NCBI GenBank assembly: GCA_963806225.1
Contig: CAWDXG010000004.1
Location: forward strand, 5,216,001-5,280,000
DNA from: an uncultured delta proteobacterium
GTDB lineage: Bacteria; Myxococcota_A; Polyangia; Polyangiales; Polyangiaceae
Length of the DNA stretch: 64,000 bases
Direction: 5' to 3'
The notes under the pieces: generated by a model
Seen by the model: the letters and a program-made list of their open reading frames with translations, nothing else
Told to the model about the DNA's origin: nothing
Databases searched by the model: none
Position numbers and translations under genes: made by a program
Part shown: piece by piece, positions 1 through 9,250 of the stretch
How positions within the stretch are numbered: the first letter of the stretch is position 1
How the letters are laid out: each line of letters begins with the position of its first letter

Positions 1-161
1 ATCCCGAGGTGTTCCGTCTCGCTGGCGATCTGGGCCACCTTGATGTTCGTTCCGGCGACCACCGGCCGCGAGCCGGACTCGTCGATGTGCTCGGGCTCGA
101 CCTCGGACAGCTCCACGAGCGGGAGGCTACCGTCAAGGCGCAGTGCCGGCAATGCGGTCAT
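1..161 (-). CDS. DUF433-family protein (putative antitoxin), 5' part only, runs off the window edge
   Basis: Hand translation from ATG at 161: MTALPALRLDGSLPLVELSEVEPEHIDESGSRPVVAGTNIKVAQIASETEHLG. This resembles the DUF433 pattern GxPxIxGTRIxVxxI...G. Not in the ORF track. Confidence 0.55.
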   Translation of the reverse strand, partial: MTALPALRLDGSLPLVELSEVEPEHIDESGSRPVVAGTNIKVAQIASETEHLG

Positions 162-225
162 GGCCGTCGGTCCGTGCGCGAAGCCATCGCCGGAACCTTT
201 CCGGGTCGCGGCGGTCAGTACTGAC

Positions 226-2460
226 GTGGCCCATCCGCAACCTGTCGTGTTTCCGCCGTTGCCGTTCATTGTCCTTGCGCTCGCCGCGAGCTGCGCGCCG
301 GCTGCCGCGCCGCCTGCCCGTCCTCCCGCGGCCACTCCCGTCGCGTCGGCGAAGCCTCTGGCGAAGCCCACGCCGAAAGCCACGCCGCCCAGGCCAGCGC
401 CGCCGAAAGTGACAACGGCGATGGCTGGCGAGCCGCCGACGCCGATGCTGGGCGAGGCGCGCCTGCAGGAGTCGAGCTGCAAGGACCTGGAGGCCATTGA
501 CCGCGAGCGCGTTGCCGCGGAAATCCGCCAGATGCGCGCCGACGTGGACCGCTCCTACCGGGAGTGGGCCGCGGAGCAGCCCGGCTGCTGGCAGCAGTAT
601 CGCTGGAAGGCGCGGCGTTGGTACGCGCCGCGGCGCATGGGTGACGCCTACGGATCCGGCAGCCTGGGATTGTCCGGCATCGGGTACGGCGGCGGCGGCG
701 CGGGCACCGGCCAGGGCTTCGGCAGGGTCGGCCGGATCGGCGGCGCCACGGTCCGTCACGCCAGCGTTTCCAGAACCAACAACCAGGTCGCCGGCGTCGA
801 CGAGGCCGACCTCGTCAAGTCGGATGGCCGCTACGTGTACCTGGCGACGAACGGCGCGCTCCGCATCGTCGAGGCGCTGAAGCCGCACCTGGTCTCGACG
901 ACGCACGTGCCCGGCACAGCGCGCGAGCTCTTCGTCGAGGGCGACCGCGTGGTGGTGTACGCGTCGAGCTTGGGCGCCAGCAAGCGGTGCACCTACGGCT
1001 ACGACTGCCGCTTTGCGGGCGACGGGTCGTCGACGCGCATTGTGGTGTTCGACATCTCGAATCGCGCGGCGCCAAGAAAGGTGCGCGAGATCGACCTGTC
1101 CGGGTCGCTGATGGCGGCGCGCCGCATCGGCCACGCCGTACACACGGTGGTTGCCGACAACGACGGGCGAACCCGGAGCTGGAGCGGCTGGCCCGCCGGT
1201 CTGCCGACGTGCGGCACGGTCCAGTCGGTGGTGCGGGCGAAGTTCGCGCGGCTGAAGCGCGAGAACGAGCGCCGGATCCGCGCGCACCACATGGGCGTGC
1301 CGACAATCGTCGACGCAGGATCGAAGCGGCGCCTGTGCGGCAAGCTCCTGAAAACGGCCTTCCGCGACGGCGAGGCGTTCACGACGCTGGTGTCCTTCGA
1401 CATGACCGACGACGAGACGGCGGCGACGACCACCACCATCCAGAGCCGCCCCGGTGCGGTCTTCGCGTCGCGCGACGCGCTGTATCTGGCCGTGGACCAC
1501 CGTCACGCCCGCGGCGGCTGGTACTCGTTCTACCCGACGCTCGACGAGGCCACGGAGGTGCACAAGTTCCGCATCGGCGAGAGCCCGGGCGCGACGCACT
1601 ACGTGGGCAGCGGCGTGGTGCCCGGTCACGTGCTCAACCAGTTCGCCATGGATCAGTGGTACGGCTACCTGCGCATCGCGACCACGCGCGGTCGCGTGCC
1701 CAACCCGAAGGCGGAGAGCGCAGTCTCGATTCTGGCGGAGGGCCAGGGCGGAAATCTCGTGCGTGTCGGGGCCGTGGGCAGGATCGCTCCGGGCGAGGAC
1801 ATCCGCGCCGTCCGCTTCGACGGCGACCGCGGCTACGTCGTGACCTTCAAGAAGACCGATCCCCTGTACGTGCTGGACCTCTACCAGCCCGCGCATCCCG
1901 CCATCCTCGGCAAGCTGGAGATCCCGGGTTTCTCCACCTATCTGCACCGCATCGACCCCGATCATCTGCTGGCCATCGGACTCGACGCGAACGACCACGG
2001 AAGCTTCGCCTACTTCGACGGCGTCATCCTGCAGCTCTTCGACGTGAAGAACCCCACCGAGCCCAGGCTGATGTTCCGCGAGAAGATCGGTACGCGCGGC
2101 TCGAGCTCCGCGGCGCTGACGGACCACCTGGCGTTCAACTACTTCGCCGAGAAAGGCTTGCTCGCGATCCCCATGACGATCTGCAAGGGCGGAAGCGACG
2201 GCCAGAACGGTACCGATCTGACGTTCAGCGGGCTGCTCGTCTACCGGGTCGATCTGGAGAGCGGCTTTCAGCGCCTCGGCGGAATCGACCATGGCAAGCG
2301 CGGCGTGAGCTGCAGCACGTGGTGGTCGAACGCGACCTCCACCGTGAAGCGGAGTCTCTTCGTCGATGATCTTGTCTACTCGATCGCTCCCGGTCGCCTG
2401 AAGGTCCAGCGGCTCGGCCACTTCGGCAAGGATGTCGCGGACATCACGCTGGCGCACTGA
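226..2460 (+). CDS. Beta-propeller domain lipoprotein (Beta_propel/PF09826-like)
   Basis: Motifs TNNQVAGVDEADLVKSDG, NQFAMD, GEDIRAVRFDGDRGYVVTFKKTDPL and GKLEIPGFSTYLH. Lipobox-like LAASC. GTG at 226 is a more plausible start than 40. Confidence 0.85.
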   Translation: MAHPQPVVFPPLPFIVLALAASCAPAAAPPARPPAATPVASAKPLAKPTPKATPPRPAPPKVTTAMAGEPPTPMLGEARLQESSCKDLEAIDRERVAAEIRQMRADVDRSYREWAAEQPGCWQQYRWKARRWYAPRRMGDAYGSGSLGLSGIGYGGGGAGTGQGFGRVGRIGGATVRHASVSRTNNQVAGVDEADLVKSDGRYVYLATNGALRIVEALKPHLVSTTHVPGTARELFVEGDRVVVYASSLGASKRCTYGYDCRFAGDGSSTRIVVFDISNRAAPRKVREIDLSGSLMAARRIGHAVHTVVADNDGRTRSWSGWPAGLPTCGTVQSVVRAKFARLKRENERRIRAHHMGVPTIVDAGSKRRLCGKLLKTAFRDGEAFTTLVSFDMTDDETAATTTTIQSRPGAVFASRDALYLAVDHRHARGGWYSFYPTLDEATEVHKFRIGESPGATHYVGSGVVPGHVLNQFAMDQWYGYLRIATTRGRVPNPKAESAVSILAEGQGGNLVRVGAVGRIAPGEDIRAVRFDGDRGYVVTFKKTDPLYVLDLYQPAHPAILGKLEIPGFSTYLHRIDPDHLLAIGLDANDHGSFAYFDGVILQLFDVKNPTEPRLMFREKIGTRGSSSAALTDHLAFNYFAEKGLLAIPMTICKGGSDGQNGTDLTFSGLLVYRVDLESGFQRLGGIDHGKRGVSCSTWWSNATSTVKRSLFVDDLVYSIAPGRLKVQRLGHFGKDVADITLAH

Positions 2461-2511
2461 ATCGGGTCGGCGTCGGGGAAGGATCTCCGGCGGGCTACGT
2501 ACGACGCTGCC

Positions 2512-2742
2512 ATGGAGGGACTCGACGTGAGGCAGGCGGAACTGCAGCGTTCGCTGAACAGGGTGGTTCTGGTCGTGGGGGTGCTCGCGGCGTTCGCGTG
2601 CGCCGTGGTGTCGGCGGCTTCGGGCGGCTTCGGCGGTGCGGCGCTGGCCGGCCTCTTCGTGCTGCTGCTGGTGCTCGTGGCTGGGGGATTCGCGGCCGGC
2701 TTTGCGGTCAGGGCGCTTTCGCCGCACCCGGGAAAGCGCTGA
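2512..2742 (+). CDS. Small membrane protein (two hydrophobic segments)
   Basis: 76-aa ORF with two hydrophobic stretches, filling the gap between genes. Confidence 0.55.
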   Translation: MEGLDVRQAELQRSLNRVVLVVGVLAAFACAVVSAASGGFGGAALAGLFVLLLVLVAGGFAAGFAVRALSPHPGKR

Positions 2743-2805
2743 ACCCCCGTTCCGGGTGCCCGCCGGGCGGTCTATGCTCGCCTCCCACGCGCGAGGAGGC
2801 ACGAC

Positions 2806-3414
2806 GTGACCGAGTCCATCACGCTCTACGGTTTTGGCGACAACGATCGCAGCGGCAAGGTGCGCTGGGTGGCGGCCGAGCTCGGCCTGGAGGTGGAAGA
2901 GCGCAGGCTGACGCCGGGCGAGCACCGCAAGAGTCCGTACGCGGACTTGAACCCGCTGTTGCAGATCCCGACGGCGGAGTTCCGCGGCGAGACACTGCTC
3001 GAGAGCACGGCCATCTGCCAGGTGCTGGCCGAGGCGTTCGACGAGCCGAAGCTGTGGATCGGACCGCGCGAGCCCGGGCGGAAGGAGTACCTGTTCTGGC
3101 TGGCGGCCTTCGGCGAAACGCTCGAGGGCCGGTTGGTCGAGTCTGCTGTCAGTCGCGCCGGGATCCTTCCGCCGGAGCACTTCTCGCTGCACGAAAAGCC
3201 CCTGCGCTTCAAGCTCCGCGCGCTCTCGAAGATGCTACCGGCGGCCGGCTACCTGTGCGGAGAGCGGTTCACCGTCGCCGATGTGCTTGCCGGCTACAGC
3301 CTGCGCCTGGCGCTCGCTGTTGGCCTCGTCGAGCGCGACGCGATCGAGCCGTATTTCGGTCGCCTTGTTGCGCGTGACGCCGCACGCACGGCCCGCGTGT
3401 TCACGGGGCTGTGA
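2806..3414 (+). CDS. Glutathione S-transferase family protein
   Basis: LNPLLQIPT...LLESTAI and YLCGERFTVADV motifs; GAGGAGG RBS upstream. Confidence 0.9.
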   Translation: MTESITLYGFGDNDRSGKVRWVAAELGLEVEERRLTPGEHRKSPYADLNPLLQIPTAEFRGETLLESTAICQVLAEAFDEPKLWIGPREPGRKEYLFWLAAFGETLEGRLVESAVSRAGILPPEHFSLHEKPLRFKLRALSKMLPAAGYLCGERFTVADVLAGYSLRLALAVGLVERDAIEPYFGRLVARDAARTARVFTGL

Positions 3415-3493
3415 TCGCGCTTCGCGCGAACAAGAGGCAGGAGGGTCGGCCGCTCTCCGTCGGCGCTGCCGCGTCGCGTGCTAGAGTCGTGGC

Positions 3494-3886
3494 ATGTCAG
3501 ACTTCACTTCTGGGCGGCCGGCAGCGAGCCGGGCCCTGGCTCTTGCGGCGCAGGGCGGCCTTCTGTTGCTCGCTCAGGCGGGGTGCGTGGCGAAGACGGA
3601 CAGCGCCGCGCAGGCGAAGCAGGATGCGGGTTCAGTGGCGGACGGCGCCACCTGCGCGCCGGACGGCGGTGTCGTCACGTCCGCGAAAGTCGTGTCCGAC
3701 ATGACCCTCGCGAAATTCACCACGGAGTGCGACGGGCGGGGCGGCAGCGTGGAGATCCACCCGCACTGCGGCGGCGCGAACACCTGCGCCGGGATGTCCT
3801 ACGACGAAGGCAACCACATGCTTACCGAGCACACCTGCAGGGGCGTCAACACCTGCGCCGGCTACAGCTGCGTCATTCCTTGCTGA
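3494..3886 (+). CDS. Cys-rich lipoprotein, candidate MNIO precursor paralogue 1
   Basis: Lipobox-like LAQAGC. C-terminal HCGGANTCAGMSYD...EHTCRGVNTCAGYSC is shared with 5162 and 5526. Confidence 0.8.
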   Translation: MSDFTSGRPAASRALALAAQGGLLLLAQAGCVAKTDSAAQAKQDAGSVADGATCAPDGGVVTSAKVVSDMTLAKFTTECDGRGGSVEIHPHCGGANTCAGMSYDEGNHMLTEHTCRGVNTCAGYSCVIPC

Positions 3887-3945
3887 GGTTGCTGCGAATA
3901 CACCGGGTTGCCCTGGGCGGGCGCCCGCGCTAGGGCCCGGGGTTC

Positions 3946-5142
3946 ATGGCGGAGGACGTTCCCGAGCCCGGGGCCGCCGGACACGGCGAGGAGCCCTTGC
4001 CGGAAGCCGGCAGCGTGGACGACGCCCTGCCGGAAGCCGGCAGCGTGGACGACGCCCTGCCGGAAGCCGGCAGCGTGGACGACGCCCTGCCGGAAGCCGG
4101 CAGCGTGGACGACGCCGATGGCGTGGAGGGAGCCCCGGCGGACGCCGGTGCGGCCGATGAAGTAGAGCCCGACGCAGCGGAACAAGGAGCCTCCCCAGCC
4201 GAGGGCGAAGCCGTACCGGCTGCGCCGGCGCTGCGCGCCCCGGCGCGCCCCTCGCGGCGCACGCTCGTTCTGTCCGCGGCGCTCGTCGCCATCATCGGGG
4301 TCATTTTCGTCGACGTGGTCGTGATCGTGAAGGGTGCGAAGAAAGGCGATCGGCCTGTCCAGAGCGTTGCCCGCGCCGTTTCGTCGGCCCCGCCGCCTTC
4401 GAGCGCCGCGCCGCCTTCGAGCGCCGCGGCGTTCGCGATGAAGCCGGTCGATGCGGGGCTCTTCCTCGACTACGACGACGGCGAACAGCCCCACGACACG
4501 ACGCCCGAGCACCACGCGCACTACAAGACGGTGCAGCAGGCAGCGAACCGCACCTGTTCCACCAAGAGCGTGGACGGCTTGAGCCGGCAGATCATCCGCC
4601 AATCCCGCTGTTTCGACAGGAGCGCGTTCGTGCCGGTGCCACGGCGGCCGAACCTGAAGATCAAGTCGAACGTGTACCTGTATCTGGAGGCGCCCGCGCG
4701 CCGGCACCTGCTGAACGCGCTCGACGCCCATCGCAACAAGACGATGGTCGTGAACAGCGCGCTCAGGACGGTCGCGCAGCAGTACGTTCTGCAGCAGTGG
4801 TACCGGAACAAGCGCTGCGGGATCACGCTCGCGGCATTGCCCGGCGAAAGCAACCACGAGACCGGGCTTGCGCTCGACATCGCGCACGCGTCGAGTTGGC
4901 GTCCCGCGCTCGAGGCGCAGCAGTTCCACTGGCTCGGCAAGATCGATGGGATGCACTTCGACTACAAGGGGCCGGGCGCGGCCACCGGCATCCACGCCGA
5001 CGTGAAGGCCTTCCAGCAGCTGTGGAACGAAAACCACCCCAAGGACAGGATCCCCGATAGCGGCCGCTACACCCCGGCGACGGAAGAGCGGTTGAAGAAA
5101 TCTCCCGCCGCGGGTTTCCCCCGCGGACCGCACTGCGGATGA
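3946..5142 (+). CDS. Membrane-anchored M15-family (D-Ala-D-Ala carboxypeptidase-like) zinc peptidase with probable C-terminal peptidoglycan-binding region
   Basis: SALRTVAQQ, PGESNHETGLALDI (SxHxxGxAxD) and DGMHFDY motifs; one TM segment after an acidic N-terminus. Confidence 0.8.
   Translation: MAEDVPEPGAAGHGEEPLPEAGSVDDALPEAGSVDDALPEAGSVDDALPEAGSVDDADGVEGAPADAGAADEVEPDAAEQGASPAEGEAVPAAPALRAPARPSRRTLVLSAALVAIIGVIFVDVVVIVKGAKKGDRPVQSVARAVSSAPPPSSAAPPSSAAAFAMKPVDAGLFLDYDDGEQPHDTTPEHHAHYKTVQQAANRTCSTKSVDGLSRQIIRQSRCFDRSAFVPVPRRPNLKIKSNVYLYLEAPARRHLLNALDAHRNKTMVVNSALRTVAQQYVLQQWYRNKRCGITLAALPGESNHETGLALDIAHASSWRPALEAQQFHWLGKIDGMHFDYKGPGAATGIHADVKAFQQLWNENHPKDRIPDSGRYTPATEERLKKSPAAGFPRGPHCG
3997..4116 (+). 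repeat. 30-bp tandem repeat x4 encoding LPEAGSVDDA
   Basis: Unit (c/t)tgccggaagccggcagcgtggacgacgcc occurs four times. Confidence 0.95.
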
Positions 5143-5161
5143 CGGTCGTCAAGTCCGTGCT

Positions 5162-5518
5162 ATGCTCGCGCGGATGTCCGGCTTTTCTTGCGAGAGCGGC
5201 CCGAAGAGGGCCGTGGCCAGCCGCGCTCTGCTCGCTGCGGCAGTGAGCGGCCTGATGTGCCTCGGACTGGCAGCGTGCGGCTCCAGCGCCAGTCCGGGTG
5301 GCGTCGTCACCTCCTCGAAGGTCGTGTCCGACATGACCCTCCAGAAGTTCACCCAGATGTGCGACGACCGCAGCGGCACGGTGGAGATCAATCCCCATTG
5401 CGGCGGCTCCAACTCCTGCAAAGGCATGTCGTACGACGAGGGCACGCAGACCCTCACCGAGCACACGTGCAAGGCGACGAATACCTGCGCCGGTTACAGC
5501 TGCATCCTTCCTTCATAG
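5162..5518 (+). CDS. Cys-rich lipoprotein, candidate MNIO precursor paralogue 2
   Basis: Lipobox LAAC; core HCGGSNSCKGMSYD...EHTCKATNTCAGYSC. Confidence 0.8.
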   Translation: MLARMSGFSCESGPKRAVASRALLAAAVSGLMCLGLAACGSSASPGGVVTSSKVVSDMTLQKFTQMCDDRSGTVEINPHCGGSNSCKGMSYDEGTQTLTEHTCKATNTCAGYSCILPS

Positions 5519-5525
5519 GTCCATC

Positions 5526-6176
5526 ATGTCCGATAGCTCCTCCGATCTCCCCCGCACGACCCTCGCTGCGAGCCATGCGCTCCTGTCCGCCGCGCTCGGT
5601 GGTCTCTTGTGCCTTGGAACAGCATGCAGCTCGAGCAACACGGCCCATCCCGGTCCCGCCTCGACGGGTGGAACCGGCGGCGCGTCGACGGGCGGAACCG
5701 GCGGCAGCGGGATGGGAGGAAGCGGCGGAACGGGGGGCAGCGCGACGGGTGGAACCGGCGGCAGCGCGATGGGTGGAACCGGCGGCAGCGCGACGGGCGG
5801 AACCGGCGGCAGCGCGACGGGTGGAACCGGCGGCGCCACGGACGCCGGCTCCGACGCCTCGGCCTCGGACGCAGCGCCCGAGGCATCTGCCTCCGACGCT
5901 GCCAGTGATTCAGCGACGGACGCAGCGGCGTTCGTGTACTGCACCAACGCTCCGGACGCCGGCACGATCACGTCCACGAAGATCCAGGTCATGACCGAGG
6001 CCGAGTTCCAGACCGAGTGCAGCTCGCGCGGCGGCACGTTCGAGATCATGCCCCACTGCGGCGGCTACAACTCCTGCATGGGCATGTCCTACGACACGGG
6101 TACGCAGACGCTGACCGAGCACACCTGCAGGGGCCTCAACACCTGCGCCGGCTACAGCTGCGTCATCTGCAACTGA
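5526..6176 (+). CDS. Cys-rich lipoprotein with long Gly/Thr linker, candidate MNIO precursor paralogue 3
   Basis: Lipobox-like LGTAC; GGTGGSAT linker; core HCGGYNSCMGMSYD...EHTCRGLNTCAGYSC. Confidence 0.8.
   Translation: MSDSSSDLPRTTLAASHALLSAALGGLLCLGTACSSSNTAHPGPASTGGTGGASTGGTGGSGMGGSGGTGGSATGGTGGSAMGGTGGSATGGTGGSATGGTGGATDAGSDASASDAAPEASASDAASDSATDAAAFVYCTNAPDAGTITSTKIQVMTEAEFQTECSSRGGTFEIMPHCGGYNSCMGMSYDTGTQTLTEHTCRGLNTCAGYSCVICN
5737..5832 (+). repeat. 24-bp tandem repeat x4 encoding the SATGGTGG linker
   Basis: Unit gcagcgcga(c/t)ggg(t/c)ggaaccggcg x4. Confidence 0.9.
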
Positions 6177-6188
6177 CGCCGCCTCGGC

Positions 6189-7070
6189 TCACTCCGCTCC
6201 CGCTAGCCCGGTCCAGAAATCGAGCTCCACGCTGCGCGCGAGCCAGTGCTGCGCGCGGCCGGGCAGCTCGGCGCGCTCGTCCTCGGCACAGGCCGCCTCC
6301 AGCCGCGCCAGAGCGTCCGCGACCGTGTGCCGCTGGAGCAACTTGAAGAGCTGGGCTTCGCGCGGTTCGAGCGGGAGCTGACCGATGCCTTCCGGGCGGC
6401 GGACCAGGGCCCACGCCCTTTTCTGCTCGAGGCGTGCTGGCAGAAGGACGGGCGCTTCGCCGGGATCGCTCGTGACCTCGCGACGGAGCTCGACGAGTGG
6501 CCAGTGTTCCTCCACGACGGCGACTGCCGGTGATGGAACGAGCCGCGATTCGAGCAGGCGCCCGGCGTCGCTCGCCGAGGGGCGGTACGATGCGGTGGCC
6601 GGCGCGGCGAAGACGCGGCGCCACGCGGCGTCGAGCCGAGCCGCCTGCACCATCGCCTCGCGCTCGACTTGCCGTGAGGCGTTGAGCTCGACGTTGCCGT
6701 CCAGCGTTTCCTCGAGGAAGATCTCGAATCCGTCCGGTGCGCCATCGAGGTCCCAGCCGCGCGGCGGACTCGCGAGCAGGAAGCGCGCGGCGTAGTCGTT
6801 GAAGCGCCAATGACCGACGAGCCGCGTAGTCAGTGGGAACGCCGTGTGCATTACGCTGAACAGCCGGAACCAGTACTGCCGGTTGTACACGGCGAGACGT
6901 TCCGCGGCTGTCGCCGCCGGGCCGTCCGCAGCTTCTTCGAGCAGGCGCGGGTCGTACTCCGACGGCGTCGCAGTGAGCGTGCCGGTCTCGCGATCGAGCG
7001 GCGTGCGGATCATCGCGCTGAAGCGTGCCTCGAGTTCCGCGAGCCAGGCGGGGCCGGACAGCGGCGTCAC
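6189..7070 (-). CDS. DUF2063-type MNIO partner protein (HvfC/BufC-like)
   Basis: ERLAVYNRQYWFRL...AFPLTTRLVG...F..YAARFLLASPP motif. GTG start overlaps the DUF692 stop (GTGA at 7067-7070). Confidence 0.85.
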   Translation of the reverse strand: MTPLSGPAWLAELEARFSAMIRTPLDRETGTLTATPSEYDPRLLEEAADGPAATAAERLAVYNRQYWFRLFSVMHTAFPLTTRLVGHWRFNDYAARFLLASPPRGWDLDGAPDGFEIFLEETLDGNVELNASRQVEREAMVQAARLDAAWRRVFAAPATASYRPSASDAGRLLESRLVPSPAVAVVEEHWPLVELRREVTSDPGEAPVLLPARLEQKRAWALVRRPEGIGQLPLEPREAQLFKLLQRHTVADALARLEAACAEDERAELPGRAQHWLARSVELDFWTGLAGAE

Positions 7071-7915
7071 GCGCGCACCTGGCTGGCCTTGTCGAGCTCG
7101 GCGAGCACGTCCGGCATCGGCGGGATACGCGCATCCCACTCCAGCAGCGTCGGGAACGGGCCGCCCATCTGCCACGCCTGCCGGTACAGCGCCCACACTG
7201 CGTCGGAGACCGGGTGGTCGTGCGTGTCGACCAGGGTGCCGTTCGGCTCGCGCGAGTATCCGGCCAGGTGCAGCTGCAGCACGCGCGAGAAATCGATCGC
7301 GCCGAGGTACGCCTCCGGGTCGAATCCGTGGTTCACGCTGGAGACGTAGATGTTGTTCACGTCCAGCATGAACGAACAGCCCGCCTCGCGGACGACTGCC
7401 GTGTAGAACTCCCACTCGGTCATTGTGGAGGCCTTGAACTCGACGTAGCTGGACAGGTTCTCGAGCCCGAAGGGCCGCCCCAGCCTCTGCTGCACCTCGT
7501 GCGCGCGTTCCGCCGCGAGGTCGACCAGATCGGCGGTGTAGGGCGCCGGCAGAAGGTCGTGATGCGACATGCCGTGCGCTCCCGTCCAGCACAGGTGATC
7601 GCTGACGAATGGTGCATCGACGTGGTCGGCGAGGCGGCACAGGGCGTCCAGATAGGCCTCGTCGAGCGGCGCATGCCCGAGCAGATTCAGCCCCACGCCG
7701 TGCAGCACCACGGGATACCGCCCGCGTAGCCGCTCGAGCTTGTCCCGCGGTCCCTGCGACTCCCCCAGGAAGTTCTCGCTGATGATCTCGAAATACCCGA
7801 CCTCGGGCCAGTGCTCGAACAGGTACGGATAGTGCGACAGCCGTAGCCCGAGCCCCAGTGCGTCCCTAGGCAGCGCCTTGACGCCCGGCTGGGGCTGTTT
7901 TTGCGGCGGATCCAC
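7067..7915 (-). CDS. DUF692-family multinuclear non-heme iron oxidative enzyme (MNIO)
   Basis: GLGLR, FEIISENF, HGVGLN, SDHLCW, LENLSSY, LDVNNIYV, HLAG, DTH and LLEWD motifs. Confidence 0.95.
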   Translation of the reverse strand: MDPPQKQPQPGVKALPRDALGLGLRLSHYPYLFEHWPEVGYFEIISENFLGESQGPRDKLERLRGRYPVVLHGVGLNLLGHAPLDEAYLDALCRLADHVDAPFVSDHLCWTGAHGMSHHDLLPAPYTADLVDLAAERAHEVQQRLGRPFGLENLSSYVEFKASTMTEWEFYTAVVREAGCSFMLDVNNIYVSSVNHGFDPEAYLGAIDFSRVLQLHLAGYSREPNGTLVDTHDHPVSDAVWALYRQAWQMGGPFPTLLEWDARIPPMPDVLAELDKASQVRA

Positions 7916-7962
7916 GTACGGAGGCTAGCCCGCGGGCAAGCGGGTAGCAATGTTGGCTGCGG

Positions 7963-9234
7963 ATGACTGGAGTCGAAGGCAGAGAGCGCGGGCTGTGGGC
8001 TCTGTTGGCTTGCGTGTTCGCGTCGTCTTCCGCCGGAGCGACCCCCGCCGCTTCGAACGATCAGGCCGTCAAGGTGCAGGCGACCTATACCGGAGACATC
8101 GCGGGCGTGCGCGCCGGATCGGATCCGGGCATCACCTACCTGGACAACCTCGATGTAACGCTGAAGCTGCGCCTGCAGCCGCTGCTCGGATGGAGCGATG
8201 CGCAGCTGTTCCTGCACGGGCTGGCCAACCAGGGGGGCAGCGTCAGCCGGCGCGCTGGCGACATCCAGGGTGCGGACAACATCGAGGCGCCGACCAACTG
8301 GAGCCTGTTCGAGGCGTGGCTCGAGCAGGACGTGGGTGGTGCAGCGTCGCTGCTGGTCGGCCTGTACGACATCAATTCGGAGTTCGATCACCTCGACGGC
8401 GCCGATCTCTTCATCAACAGCTCGCAGGGGCTCGACGCGGTGCTCGGCAACAGCGGCCGGAACGGTCCCTCCACGTTCCCGGCTACTTCGCTCGGCGCGC
8501 GGCTCAAAATGCTTGTCGGCGGGCAGCTGTACTTCCAGGGCGTCGTGCTCGACGGCGTGCCCGGCGATCTCGCGAATCCCCGCGGTACGCACGTCCGCTT
8601 CGGTTCAGCCGACGGCGCGCTCGTCCTGTTTGAATCAGGCTTCGTCCAGGGTCTACGAGGCGGCAGAGCGGCGGCGGAGGAGCTCGAGCACGTGCGTCGG
8701 CGCCGCGTTGGACGCGAGGGCGTGAACCTGTACGCGCTCAAGATCGCCAGCGGCGGTTGGTGGTACTCGTCGCGCTACCCGGACATCCAGTCGTCCGCAA
8801 AGCGTCCGCTGTCGGGTAGGACGAACTACGGCGGATACCTCGACGCCGACGGCGTCGTCTACCGCGAGGCGGACGATGCCGAGCAGGGTCTGTCGGCGCA
8901 CGCCCGCGTTGCATACGGAAATCCGCGATTCAGCGTGACGAGCCTGTACACCGGCGGCGGTCTCTCGTACACGGGGCTCATCCCCGGACGCGATTCGGAT
9001 CAAGCCGGCGTGGCTGCGTCCGCCGCCTGGAGCAGCGGGGCCGAAAGGGCGGTGCGCCGCGACCTCGGCGTGCCCGCCGCGCGCGCGGAGGTTGCCTTCG
9101 AGTCCACCTACCTGTTCGACATCGCCAGCTGGTTTTCGACCCAGCTCGACGCCCAGTACATCCTCTCGCCCAGCATGGACCCGGCCCGCGACAATGCCGT
9201 GGTGCTGATCGCGCGGGTGCAGGCCGCTTTCTGA
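7963..9234 (+). CDS. Carbohydrate-selective porin (OprB family)
   Basis: GDIQGADNIEA, LFEAWLEQ, YDINSEF, FINSS and GPSTFP motifs; signal peptide; terminal Phe. Confidence 0.85.
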   Translation: MTGVEGRERGLWALLACVFASSSAGATPAASNDQAVKVQATYTGDIAGVRAGSDPGITYLDNLDVTLKLRLQPLLGWSDAQLFLHGLANQGGSVSRRAGDIQGADNIEAPTNWSLFEAWLEQDVGGAASLLVGLYDINSEFDHLDGADLFINSSQGLDAVLGNSGRNGPSTFPATSLGARLKMLVGGQLYFQGVVLDGVPGDLANPRGTHVRFGSADGALVLFESGFVQGLRGGRAAAEELEHVRRRRVGREGVNLYALKIASGGWWYSSRYPDIQSSAKRPLSGRTNYGGYLDADGVVYREADDAEQGLSAHARVAYGNPRFSVTSLYTGGGLSYTGLIPGRDSDQAGVAASAAWSSGAERAVRRDLGVPAARAEVAFESTYLFDIASWFSTQLDAQYILSPSMDPARDNAVVLIARVQAAF

Positions 9235-9250
9235 GCCGGGAGCGTGCCAC

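Noticed and set aside
133..3192. Very long antisense and alternative-frame ORFs (this 1019-aa one and many similar)
   Set aside because: These are shadow ORFs expected in high-GC DNA: Arg/Ala/Pro-rich, motif-free, and overlapping well-supported genes.
3997..4116. 30-bp direct repeats as a possible CRISPR array
   Set aside because: The repeats are head-to-tail with no spacers, stay in frame within a CDS, and no cas genes are present.
7963..9234. OprB porin as a dedicated component of the MNIO system
   Set aside because: It is divergent and only 47 bp away, but nothing in the sequence ties a carbohydrate porin to the pathway without synteny data.
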